The position numbers and the translations under genes are program-made. A DNA stretch of 64,000 bases from the human T2T-CHM13v2.0 reference genome, Homo sapiens: the NCBI RefSeq assembly GCF_009914755.1, contig NC_060927.1; one strand, 5' to 3'. How positions within the stretch are numbered: position 1 is the stretch's first letter; every line of letters begins with the position of its first letter. Below are positions 13,949 through 26,900 of this stretch, piece by piece. The notes under the pieces were generated by a model. That model did not search any database. It was not told where the DNA came from and worked only from the letters and a program-made list of their open reading frames with translations.

Positions 13949-14639
13949 GAAGAGCCTGAGGCTGGGGGTCTCAGAGGGGAGCCCAGATAGGGGGTGGGAG
14001 CACATGGCCTGAAGCCCAGCCCGTAACAGGTGAAATATTAAGTCATTGATGCCTTTGGCCCTTAGTCATACCCTCAGCCCATGGCGTCCTTTAAACCTAA
14101 CCCTCACCAGGAAGTGCACACAGCTTTTAAGAAGAAAAGGGCAACTTTGCAAGGGATTCAGCTCTCTGGCTTAGCAATGAACGCTATCAGGGAATACACC
14201 AGGAGCTGGTCCATCTGTGACTTTTTAAAGCCTGGGAAATAATCTCAGAAAACAACTGAAAAATACATCTGTGTGTTTTAAAAACAAACAAACAAAACTT
14301 AACCGACCCCTTCCCCACTCTACCACCAAATTCCTCCTTCTTTTTCTCTCTGAAAACTTGGCCAACAAGCATTAAATGGCACTAAATATAGAAATGGTGA
14401 GCAAGTAAATCACTCAGAGGTGCCACATGTTGCCCAGGGCCTGTTTTACAGTTGAGTTGTAAACCATTGAGAGCGTGGATCTGTAATTAAAATGCTGACA
14501 GCCTCCCAACTGCCAAGCAGCCAGGAGGGAGCAGGGCTGGGAACCAGCAAGCAGGGGTGCAGGGAGGGTGGTGCCCTTCCTAACGCTGATCAGCCCGGGT
14601 TCAATGTCCTCCGCAGGCTTCCAAGATGCAGACAAACCC

Positions 14640-15095
14640 TTCTCTCACAGGGAAGCAGGGCCCTGCACTCCCCACTCTCTAACACATCTCTCTGTGACCT
14701 CCTCTCCTCCCTGACAGCCACACTGGCCTCTTTGCCTCTGGGCTCTGACCTTGCAATTCCCTCTGACTCAAATGCAATTCCCCAGATGGCTCATTTCCTC
14801 ACTTCCTGTTCAGAACTTACCTTCTCCAGGAGGCCTCTCCTGATCGCCTAAAATAAAATGCCCCTGCTCCTGACATCTGTGCCCTCTCATCCTGCTTTGT
14901 TTGTTCATCATAGCATTTATAACTCTCTGACAACAGATTCCATATATATATTCTATTATTTGTTTGTTGTCTCCCTTCCCCCGGAATGTCAGCTCCATAA
15001 AGGCAAGTACCATGTCTAATCCCAGAGCCTAAAACAGTACCAGACGCATAAATAGGTGCTTAATAAATATTTGTTGAATGAATGAATGAACGAAT
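14640..15095 (+). mobile_element. L2 3' end (representative of many L2 fragments)
   Basis: Ends aataggtgcttaataaatatttgttgaatgaatgaatgaa. Similar ends occur at about 9600, 12190 and 15830. Confidence 0.8.
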
Positions 15096-15183
15096 GCATG
15101 GATTTCCATCCTTTCTTTCAGCTGATCTGGTGATCTCACTGGGAAAATGTCCAACTTTCCAGCAGTGAGCTCAGCTTTTTGCT

Positions 15184-15512
15184 CATCCATTCACCCAACC
15201 ATCCTTCCAAATAGCTATTCATTCATCCATCCATCCATCCATCCATCCATCCATCCATCCACCCATTCAGCCATCCATCTATCCTACTACCCAAACATCC
15301 ATCCAACCATCTTCTAAGATCTGTCCGTTTAACCATCCATCCATCTATTCATTCATATTCCATTCATTCAACCAGCCTTCCCATTACTATCTATCTAGCA
15401 AATATCCATCCATCCATCTATCCATTTGTGCATGCATGCATGCATCCATCCATCCATCTATATATCCATCCATTCATCCTACCACTCAGCCATGCACTCA
15501 TCCAAACCAATC
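15184..15512 (+). repeat. (CCAT)n/(CATT)n simple repeat
   Basis: Near-perfect catc run at about 15223-15260 within a degenerate array. Confidence 0.9.
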
Positions 15513-16009
15513 CCCAAATGGTTAGAGCTCCTATCCTGGGGTCCCATAGTCCCCTACACACTCCTCTACCAAATCCAGTTCATGTTGTCATATTTACATG
15601 CAGTAATTCACTCTTCTCCTTCTGTCATTAGAATGTAATCCCCCTCAAATTCAAAAATGGTATATTATTTATCTCAGACCTCAGTGCCTAAAACAGAGCT
15701 GGCATATAGGGATTCGGCTCTCTGGCTTAGAAATGAACACAATCAGGGAATACACCAGGGGCTGGCCTCCTCTAACTTTTTAAAGGCTGGGAAATAATCT
15801 CAGGCGTCAGTGAATGGTTGCTGAATGAATATGATTTTCCTTTTCCCTTATTTACTTGTTCAGCGTTTCCCACTAGACTAAGCTTCCTGATGGCAGGAAC
15901 CAGTTTTTAGTGATCTGTTCATCTCTAAAACGTCGCACCTAAGGCAAAGAAGACACTCTATAAATTCTTAATGAATGAATAAGTGGATGAATACACAAAA
16001 GAGAGGAAG

Positions 16010-16225
16010 TAGAGCAAGAATGCAGCCTCTGGAGCTGGACTGCCTGAGTTCATATCCTGGCTCTTTGCTTATCAACTGTATGACTTTGGGCGAGTCGCTG
16101 AACCGCTCTGTGCCTCAGTTTCCTCATTTGTAAAAGGGAGACAATGCCAGGCTGATCTCATGGAGTTCTTATGAGAATTTTAGGAATTCATGCGTATGAA
16201 GTAATTAGAACAGTGCCTGGAGTAA
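16010..16225 (+). mobile_element. MIR (representative; others at about 21005-21210, 33910-34080, 52150-52380, 60290-60490, 62925-63130)
   Basis: MIR core tgactttgggcgagtcgctgaaccgctctgtgcctcagtttcctcatttgtaaaa. Confidence 0.82.
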
Positions 16226-16399
16226 GACAAAAGCTGTACAGGTATAAAATATTCATGTGCTGCTGGCCCACTGGAACAAATATCGAAGGCACAGAGGGGA
16301 AAAGGTGGGAGGGAAGCTTCTGTCTGGGCCTGTGCCGTTCCCACAGGAGGCCTTCTACAGCAGGCACTCTAACTTTTCCCAGCCACACTGGGATCACTT

Positions 16400-17560
16400 G
16401 GCAAAGTACCAATATTATATCAGGTGGCCATGAGTGCTACACAGAAAAACAAAACGTGGAAGGGAACAGGAAGCAGCGAGACAGACTGGAGGGCGAGTTC
16501 AAATATGGTGGTCAGGAAAGGCCTCCTTGAGAGGTGATATTTGAGAAAAGACTTGAGGAGGTGAGAGGGTAAGTGTCTGCAGGGAGAGCATTCCAGGCAG
16601 AGGGAACAGTAAGTGCAAGGGACCTGGGGCAGGGACATACCCAGTGTGTGTGAGGAGCCACAGGGAGACCGCTGCAGGGGGACAGAGAGAGCGAAGGGGA
16701 AGGAGACGGGGTGAGGGAGGGGCCTGTGAGCCACCGTGAAGGCTTCTGTGTCTACTCTGGGTGAGATGGGAGCCATGGTGAGATTATAAGTGAGGGAGGC
16801 AGAGTTTAACTGACATTTGAAAAGCCTGCAGGGGCCCAAGTTAGTAGGCTGGTGTGTTCCTACAGGGAAGAGACGCTGATGGATAAGACCCTGGGGTAAG
16901 GGGACTGTCGTGCCACTGCAGGGAAGAGATGCTGGTGGATAGGACTCTGGGGTAAGGGAATTGTTTTGCTACTGCAGGGAAGAGATACTGGTGGGTAGAA
17001 ACCTGGGGTAAGGGGACCGTTGTGCCACTGCAAGGAAGAGATGCTGGTGGATAGGACCCTGGGGCAAGGGGACAATTGTGCAATGTCAGGGAAGAGATGC
17101 TGGTGAATAGGACTCTGGGGCAGGGGACTGTTGTGTCACTGTAGGGAAGAGATGCTGGTGGCTTGGATCATGAGCTCGGGGGTATAAGTTATTTGGTGAC
17201 AGACTCTGGACAGATGTTGTAGGTAGAACTGACATGTTGGATGTGGGGTGTGAAAGAAAGAAAAGTGTCATGGCCAAGGCCAGGGCCAGGGTTTGGCTTA
17301 CACAACTGGAAGGATGCAGATGCTATTTACTGAACCAGGGGATGGAGACAAAGGCACCAGCAAGTTTGTGGGAGAAAGATCAGGAGTTAGGTTGTGGTAG
17401 ACGAGTGCTCATGGGCCAGTAGACATCCTGGAGCAGGGAGGCAGGATGGCAGCTGGATGCACAGGACTTGTGTTCTGGAGGCAGGTCTGGGCTGGAGACT
17501 GGACTTTATGGACAACTTTAAAGGTCCTGGAATGTGGTGTGTACTTGGGTATGTGTGGCA
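16400..17560 (-). mobile_element. L2 fragment hosting the 56-bp minisatellite
   Basis: ggtggtcaggaaaggcctccttgagaggtgatatttgag...gagcattccaggcagagggaacag...ttggatgtggggtgtga. Confidence 0.72.
16863..17160 (+). repeat. 56-bp minisatellite, about 5.3 copies
   Basis: Unit cagggaagagatgctggtggataggactctggggtaaggggactgttgtgccactg starts at 16863, 16919, 16975, 17031, 17087 and 17142. Confidence 0.93.
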
Positions 17561-18218
17561 TGGGGCTGAAAGGACAAGGGCAGAGGCCCCCTCTGGAAGT
17601 GGCTGCTCACAAGGACTGAAAGACCTAGGTGGACATCACCTATTTTGGATAAAGGAGGACCAGCGTGGCCTTGCCATGGCTTGGTGTCCTGTGGCCCTCC
17701 CTGCTCAGTGCAGCAAAAAATCTCAATGGCGACCTGGACCGCTCCTTCTCTTGAGTCTGCTAGCACACTCTACAGCCAGCGAATGGACAAAACAGAGTTT
17801 TAGAGCTAGAACAGTCCTTAGGAATAAGATGTAAGAATTAAAACTTGACTGTGGCTTTAAAATCACTACTACTACTGATACTAACAATGATATTCATAAC
17901 AGCAATGACTGCTTTCCAAGCACTCATCATGCCTGAGAGCGTAGGACGAGGCACTCCAGGGGCATTATCTCATGCAATCTGCACAACAGCTCTGACAAGT
18001 ACAAATCCTCACTGCCTTTTTTTCAATGAGGAAACTGAGGCTTGAGAAGGGTGACTGCCCAAGGGCACACAGCAAACAAGTGGCACAGTCGGGGCTCTGA
18101 TCGGAGCTCTTTCCACATCCAGGTCATTCACACCTCCCCGCATGGTCTGGCCAGGAGCTCCTGACCTGCCTCCCATCCAAAACTCTCAGCCCAGCAGAGA
18201 ACACCTCCGGGGGACTGA

Positions 18219-18676
<458 letters not shown>

Positions 18677-19939
18677 TTCTTGGAATCTTTATTATTTCAA
18701 AATGCTACCAATCCATCTAGGTCCAAAAATACACACACACACAATTGAGAGCTAAGAAGAGGCTGCACCAAGGATGAACAGAGCTTGGGTTGCAGAGTTG
18801 GGATGGCTGGAGGGAACCCTGGCTCAGATGCTTTTTACCTGGTCAACCTCAAGCACACCACTGAACTGCTCTGTGCCTTCAGTTTTCTTCATCTGTCAAG
18901 CAGGAATGACAATAGGCCCTTCCCTGTGAGATCATTTACAAAGAGCACTTGGGATGGGACCAGCACATGGAAGGGCAGGCCTTGAGAGGGGCACACAGTG
19001 CCTTGCAGTGAGCAGCTGAGTGCTGGCCTCACTGCCCATGCCCAGCTGGCTGGGAATCTGTCCCTTCCCCACCATGGCCTGGGGAGGCCCTGAGACCCTG
19101 AGTCCAGCTCTCCTGTCCAGGAGCCTGGGATGCTGCTCACGTTCACTGCCCAGACCTCAGCTGCCCATCTGAGAAATGGAGTTACCAAGGGTCCCCAAGG
19201 ATGTCGGGCCAATCAAACGGAGTAACCCCAGGAAAGCACCTAGAACCCCACCTGGGACAGAGCGAGAGCAAGTGCTTGCCACTGTGAGCAGCCTTGACAG
19301 TGTCTCAACGCACACTGAAAGGAGGTAATTTAAAGAAGTGCCTTTGTCAGGCAAGGAGTCCTTCCTAGGGACACAGGTGCACCTGGATTTCTCTTCAAAA
19401 GACACAAGTGTTGAGGATTAGGAAAAGTGACAGCTGCCAACTCCTGGTGCCAGACCCTCCAGAACACCTAGTTTCTCCTTCCCTCTAGGACCACTCCTGC
19501 CCCTCTCCTCACCCACCTTCCTCCCATCACTTGGCTCCCCTCCCTCCCTCTTCCCGGCAGATTTGATAACACCCAGGAGTCCCAATCCCCCTCCCGAGGA
19601 CAAAGGCGGCAATTGTCCCCGGTGTGCGTCTTTTGACTTGATCTCACTGTGGTGTAACTGAGCCCCTGACTCTACCTCACTTAGGGGGCTCTCAGGGCCT
19701 CGCCATGCTGCCCCCTCCCCATCTCAGGTGAGTTTCAAATGAGTTCCCAGCTGCAAGGCCAGCAGCCACACTGGGAATTCCTTCCAAGATAAATCAGATG
19801 GCCAGCATCTGGGACCCCCTTGGGCTGGCAGGAGGCCAGGGAGGTGACAGGATGAGCTTCCACCGCAGCTAAGACATTTTCAGGCCCCTTAGTAGTCAAC
19901 GTCTCAGCCCTTACTCCGTGCCCGCCACTCTAAGAGAGT

Positions 19940-20117
19940 GATGTCCAACAGACCTTCCTGCCACCACGGAATGGTCTAGTAGGAAGCCACGAGCCACAGG
20001 TGGCTACCAAGCACTTGAAACATGGACTGTGAAATAGAATTTTTAATCTTATTTATTTGTAATTCATTTAAATTTAAGTAGCCCTATGTGGCTTGTGATC
20101 ATATTGGACAGTGCAGC
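19940..20117. mobile_element. MER3-like DNA transposon
   Basis: Inverted termini tgtccaa...ttggacagtgcag, with internal agccacaggtggcta and taaatttaagtagcc. Confidence 0.8.
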
Positions 20118-22234
20118 TATAAGCAGTTTAAATTCTTTTAATCATGTAATCTTCATAATACTCTATAGCGCTATTAAGTGTCCCTGGAGAAACTGAGGCA
20201 CAGAGAGGCAGAGTAACATGGCCAAGGCCACACAGCTAGCAAGCAGCAAAGCCAGGAGTGGACTCCAGAGCCCACCTCACAGCACAGGGAGCACCTGCCT
20301 CTTGCCTGCCCCCTGTACACTCCTGGGAATGAGAAGGCAGGGACAGATGCACCCAGCCCTACTGCCTGTGGTGCTCTGGTGGCTGTTTGTGACATGGCCT
20401 AGGATGTGTGCCACTTTATGTCACCAAGAGTATGCCAGGCCCAGGCTGGGCTCTGAGAGACACCGAGGCGAGTCTCACGACTACCTGGAAGGATCGGAGG
20501 AGAAGAGAAGTCTCTCCCACTGCTGTTCATCAGGCTGAACAAGTCCAGAACTCTGCTAAAACAGGAGGTGCCCTGGTCCCTGCACCAGGTGTGGGTCTCT
20601 GTCTGGCCATCTCCTTGTCCAGTCTCATCCTGAACCCCCATGACAGCCTGGGGCCCCTCACCTGCCAAGGTGGCACACAGAATCCCCTCTTCTCACTCAC
20701 AACCGGGTTCCTCCCTGGCCCTGATGTGTCCTCTCCCAGGCAGAAGGTGGTGGCTCAAGGACTGCCCCAAGGCCACAGTGACCAGAGTAGGAGAGGATGC
20801 ACGTGTGCGTGCCTGGATAACCCACAACCCAAATGACCACATAGTGGGGCCTTCTAGGGGCTGAGGACTGTAGTCTCCAAATTCCTCAAATCAGAGCATC
20901 TGTGAATCTTAGGTTAACATCTTGGAATCACAGGGTTTCAGGATCAGGAGACTGTGGGGATAAAGGCATCTGAGTCCAAGACTCCTGAGGGTGGTAGGAT
21001 AGTTTGAGGTTAAGACCTGGATCTGGAGCTAGGCTGCTTGGGTTTATATCCCAGCACAGCACCTGCCAGCTGTGTGGCATTAAGCAACTTTCTTAACCTC
21101 TCTGTGCTTCCGTTTTCTTATTTGTAAAACGGAGAGAACAGGGAATGTTGATCTCATAAGACTACTGTGGGGATTAAATTAGTATATATATTTCAAGTGC
21201 TGATATTAGAATCATGTCCATATTCTCCCAGCAAATGAAAACCTTCCCTCCACCTGTACCACCTGCTTTGATAGGGACTGCATCCTGCTTCCTGATAGCA
21301 AGTTCCTTCTCACTTGAGCTGCCTTTTCCCCATATTCTTCCATCCCGTGGGTCCTGGTCCTGCCTGCCACCCTCCTAACCACACCACCCCCAGTCCTCAG
21401 GGACTGCAGGATGGTGACACCTTCCTGAGGCTGCTCCACTCATGGCTGAGCCACCTGACTCCTTCCAGGCCTGGGTGTTCAGCGCCTCCTCAGGGCCTGC
21501 CCCGGCTGCCCACGTCCATCCAGGTTGGGGGTGGGGTGGTCTTACCAGCCCAGAGCAAAGTGGGATGCCAGGGACCAGGCTGCATGAAGCTGGGGTCACA
21601 GACGTTTCCAGTCTCTGTGGGAAGGGCCGCCCCTGCCCCTACCCATGCGGCCTCTCTTATCTCATCCCCTTCCTCCCCGGGTACTGTCCACTGCTATCAC
21701 TGTGGCATCACTGACAGGACCTGGCTGGGCTCTGCCCTCGCTGTGTCATCAGAGAAAACTGGCAAAACCTCAGGCCTCGTGGGCACCCTCCGCCCCAGCC
21801 TGGGCTGGTCCCCCTCCAACCCATCCTTGGTAGCTTCCTCTCTGGTCTAGTCTGGGCTCCTTTCTCTAGGCCCAGACACCCTGGCCTGGTCATCCCACTA
21901 AGCTTTTCTCAAGCCCACCATGGACCTCCTGGTCCCTACCTCAGCCTCTCATCCAGCTCAGCTCCCCGACCCTGGCCAGCTCTAGGGAGCGGAAGGGAGG
22001 TCTGAGCCAGGAGCCAGGCCCTAGGTGCAGCTCTTGTTTCTCCACTCCCTTGGTGTGTGGCTTTGGCGGGGCCCCTCCAGTTCAGGGTCTCAGTCTCTCA
22101 TTGATTAAATGCCCACAGAAGAGAGAATCTCCAGCTCTAAAACAATCCTACAGCTTTCCTTGGCACTGTCCCGAGGCCACCGTCCTTGACAGTGGAGGCT
22201 AGGGAGGGTTCCCGGATTTAGCACATAAATAGGC

Positions 22235-23935
22235 TGAAAAACGAAACCTGACCTAAACTTACACCTCATAGAAAAGTTAATTCAAAGCAATCACAGAACC
22301 TTTCAGACATTACGCTAACTGAAATAAGACAGACACAAAAGGACAAAAACTATATGATGCCTCTTATGTGGGGCGCCTAGAGCAGTCAGATTCAAAGAGA
22401 CAGAAAGTGGAAAGGTGGGTGCCAGGGGCTGGGGTGGGGCGGGGGGACATGGGAGGTGGTTGTTTAACAGGGACAGAGTCTTCGTTTGGGAAGATGGTAA
22501 AGTTCTGGAGATGGAAAGTGGGGATGGCAGCACAACAGTGAGAGTGTGCTTGATGCCACTGGGGTGCACACCCAAGAATGCCTAACATGGCAAGTTTCAT
22601 GCCAAGTATATTTTATCACAATTAAAAATAAATAAAAACGTAACATACAATTTAAAAAAGAAATTTTCATTGATTTTTTTAAATTAATGAATTTTTTAAA
22701 AAAAACAGGTCACAGAGTTAAATGCTAAACATAAAACTTTTAGGAAAAAAAATATGGCAAAATCTTTGGGATCTAGGGCTGAGCAAAGAGTTTTTAGATG
22801 ATACCAAAGGTACAGTCCATTCAAAGAAAAATAGATACATTGGACCTTATCAGTTAAAACTTATCAAGGTTAAACACTTTTACTCTGTGAGAGACCCTAT
22901 GAAGATGATAAAAAAGACAAGCTACAGTCTGGGAAAACATATTTGCCAACCGCATGTCTGACCAAATACTGGCTGCTAGAATATATAAAGAAATATCCAA
23001 ACTCACCAGTTAAAAAAGTAAACTACCTACTTAGAAAATAGGCAAAAAGACATTAACAGATGCTACACTGAAAAGGCTATCCAGATGGCAAATAAGCATA
23101 TGAAAATATATTCAACATCATTAGCCATTCAGGAAATGCCAATCAATACCACAATGAGGTATAACATACATCTATCAGAATGGCAAAAAAATTTTAAAAA
23201 CAGTGATGTCACCAAATGCTGGTGAGGATGTGGAGCAACTGTACCACTCACACATTGCTAGTGGGAATATAAAATGACACACCCACTCTCCCACAAAATG
23301 GAAAATGGTTTGGCACTTTCTTATAAAGCTAAACATACAGCCATCAGACATTTGTGCTCTTGGACATTTATTCTAGGGAAATAGAACCTTACATTCACAC
23401 ACACACAAAAAAAACCTGTACACACATGGACACAGCAGCTTTATTTGTAATAGTCATAACCTGCAAACAACCCAGACATCCTTCAAGAGGTGAATGGCAA
23501 AACAAACTGTGGAGACTCTGTGCCCTGGAATACTACTCAGCAAGGTAAAGGAACCGGCTACTGATACACAACACTTGAAGGAGGCTTGAGGGAATTGTGC
23601 TGAATGAAAAGAAGCTCATCTGGAAAGGTTATACTGTAAGACCCACCTATGTAACATCGTTAAAATAATGAAAGTATACAAGTGGAGAGCAAATTAGTGC
23701 TTGCTGGGGATTCGGAAGGGGAAGGGAAGTAGAAGTGGCTATACAAGGGCAACCTGGGGACCATTGTGTGCTCTGCATCTTGACTGTCCTAGCATCAGCA
23801 TCCTAGTTGTGACCCTCGTCCTATAGTTTTGCAAGCTGTCACCATTGGGGGAAACTGGGCAAAGGGTACACAAGATCTCTTCATATTCCACAATTCCATG
23901 TGAATCTACAATTATCTCAATATCAGCTCAATTCA
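22235..23935 (+). mobile_element. Old L1M fragment(s), with a second L1 3' end nested at about 22305-22660
   Basis: AT-rich, with L1 ORF2-end and 3'UTR motifs such as ttcaacatcattagccattcaggaaatg and aaatgctggtgaggatgtggagcaactg. Confidence 0.8.
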
Positions 23936-26900
23936 AAACCACAAACTTGGTTAAATCTGAATTTGAGATACATGGCTAATCATTTTTTAGTTTGTCTTGT
24001 GCAATAGTTTGGACGTACTTTTGTTTATCTCAAATTCAACTCTAAGTGGGAGTCCTGTATTATACCTTGCAGCCCTGCTCCTGGAAATCCCCCCAAGACA
24101 GAGCAAGCACTTGCCATATCATTTGTTCACTCAACAAATATTTCTTGAGCACTTACGATGCGCCAGGCACTGTTCTAGGTTTAGGGGTGAACTTAGGCCA
24201 TCACTACCCTGTGGTGCTGACCCTGCAGTGGGAGGCAACAAGCAATAAAGACACAAAGAGCTGTGCAAATGAGATCATTCTGTGCGGTGGTTTCACATGC
24301 AAGTAAAGTAGGGTGATGGAGAGAGATGAGACAGACAGCAGGGGAGGGAAGTCAGGGAGGACTTCCCCATTAAGGCAACATCTGAGCCAGGAATTGAAGG
24401 AATACAAGGAGCTAGTTCTGCAAAGATTCAAGGAAAGAGCTTTGCAGACAGAGAAAGCGGCCTGTGCAATGGCCCTGAGGTGCGAACAAGCTTGGTTGAC
24501 TGCAGGAGTGTGTGGTTGGAAGGTGGTGTGTGTGGGAGAGAAGCTGCAGACAGGGTTGGGGTACAATGGTCCCAAGAACCCCATGTCATTCCCCAGCCCA
24601 CATGTCAGACCTGGAGACCCTCCTGGGAGCAAAGGAAAGAAGCCCCTGCCATGGAAGAAACCAAGGCCCTGAAAGGCTGAGATGTGTGCAAGACCATTCC
24701 TGCTCCAAGTCCCCTGAGTCCTGGCTGCAAGCCTTTCCATTCGCAAGGGCAAGAACCCACACCTGTGCCCAGGGGCGGGGCAGGAATGGAGGGCACGGCA
24801 GACTGAGGATGCCTCCTTCCAGCCTGGCCTGGCCAGTCAGCTTCGGGCTGGGCGGGGCCTGGCTCCTCAGGCCCTCGACATGCCACCACTGGCCACTCTA
24901 TCTGGTCAAATATGCAAGTGGCCCTCGGGACAGCAGAGAGGAGCATAGCTGAGCAGGCCTTATCTGGGCTCCGCCCCAGCTGCCAGGGGCTGGTCCCTGG
25001 TGTCCCCTGACTCACAGGCCTGCCTGCGGCCAGGGCAGGGGTGGGAATCCAGCTCCCAGGAGCACCCGGACCAGACGGGGCAGGGCAGGAAGGGACAAGA
25101 CCGACACCCCTCCGTGTGCAAGAGGCTGGGCAGGGACTGGGAGGTGACTTTTCACTTCGGCGGAATTCCATCCCCCTGAGCTCACCTCCCTTGGAGCAAG
25201 AGGCGCATTCCAGCAGGGGCCAGCCCCGTCCCAGCTGGGCCCCCATCCCCAGGGCTGCCTCTCCTGGGCTCAGTCACCACACTCTCATGAAGGGGTTGCT
25301 GAGAGCCTCCACCCTCCCCCAGGCCCCCGGAGCTCCCTGGTGCACTTCTCTCTCTGTACAGTAAGGACTCGAAAGCCTGGCCTGCCAGGTACAATATTAT
25401 CATGGAGGCTCGGAGACCCCTGGCCCTTGGCTGGGTTTCGCAGCTGCCCAGGCTTCTCTGCACTCCTGCAGGGGGATGTCTACACGCACTCACAAATGCA
25501 CCCAGAAGGCCCAGGTTCTTCTGGTTCTCCTCCAACCTCCCTGACTGTCCTTCCCTTCCCATAGCCCTCCCGTCCCAGTACCCATTTGCCCAGGCTGTGG
25601 CCCAGGCTCTCTCCTGCTTTCCCCCTTTAACCCTCCCATCGGGCAATCCTACAAACACCATGGCTTCCATTACGACCCTGTTCCTCCACACCAAGTACAC
25701 CTGACACATCTCCTACCTATTAGGCTTCCTAAACAGCCTCCCCAGCCGTGCGCCCCGAGGCTCCTGCTGGGTTTAGGCACCAACCGTGGCCACAGCCCCT
25801 TCACTCTGTACTCCACTCTATCCCAGACAGGGCCAGAAACCTGCCCAAGCACTGCCCCACCAAAGCCTCTTCTGGGCACCTCTGGCCTAAGACAAAGTCC
25901 CACTCCTTGTTCTGGCATTCAAGGCTGTGTGTTAGGATCTAGCCCCTCTGCAGCCTCGTCACTCGTCCTCCCCACCCTTGGCCACACGGAGCCCCCACAG
26001 CATGCTGTTAGGACTTCATGCTTTTGAACATGCCTGTGCTGCCTGAACTGCCCTCTTCCTTCCTGATGCCTCGTCCACCTGGACTCCTTATCCTTCAAAG
26101 CCCTGCTAAGAGTTCCCTTCTTCTGCCTAGCACTCTTAGACTTCAAGAGGAAACAAACCACTCTTCCTCTGACCTCTTTTCTTCACTTTCTGTATCACGT
26201 TTCTCCTACAGTGTGTAGCCCTGAATCACAATTTTTGCTTCTTGTACCTGATTCTCTCACTAGACTGAACGTCTAGTCTTGAGGGCAAAAACTGTGGGTA
26301 GTTAATTTCCTTGCGGCCAAAAGGCTGGAAAGAAATTATTCAAAGCCACAAAGATTCCACCATCCAAAGATTTCAGCACAATGCTTCTGACTCTTCCCTT
26401 CCTCCCAACTGAGGAGCCTATGATTCCACACATCATACGCTAGGATGTGAACTTCGTATTCTGGGACCCCCGACCTGAGCGGCCACTGATTTCAATCCAA
26501 AGTACAAAGGCCCCGAAATGCCAATAGGGGAAACTATAATTCTAAAATCACCTCGCCAAAAGATATTGGCACCTAACCATTCTGATTCGGCCTGCAGACC
26601 ACACAATTGACGAGACAATGAGGGAAAGGAGGGGATGCCCTGCAGCTTCCTTGCGGTGTTGCCCCTGCCCCATGGCCCACATCCTGCTGGGCTTAGACTC
26701 AAACTGGGGACCTGTGAGGGCAGGACGCCCCTGCAGCATTTATTCTCCTTCGACTGCCAGGGGAGTTGGGGGCTCCCCTTCAGCCCAGGGGCAGCCCCTC
26801 ATCAGGTCTGCAGAAGCCACATGGTGCACCCCCCCACCCCAGCCTCCCCGCTTCCCCTTCTCTCACACCAGCTGCCAACAAGCCCCAGAGCCTGTGGTCA

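Larger units (their letters stand above)
14152..15803 (+). repeat. ~96-bp direct repeat pair (14152-14248 and 15708-15803)
   Basis: agggattc.gctctctggcttag...atcagggaatacaccagg...actttttaaag.ctgggaaataatctcag occurs at both positions. Confidence 0.93.

Noticed and set aside
16863-17160. Regularly spaced repeats superficially like a CRISPR array
   Set aside because: The whole unit is repeated with no unique spacers, there are no cas genes, and the context is a primate intron.
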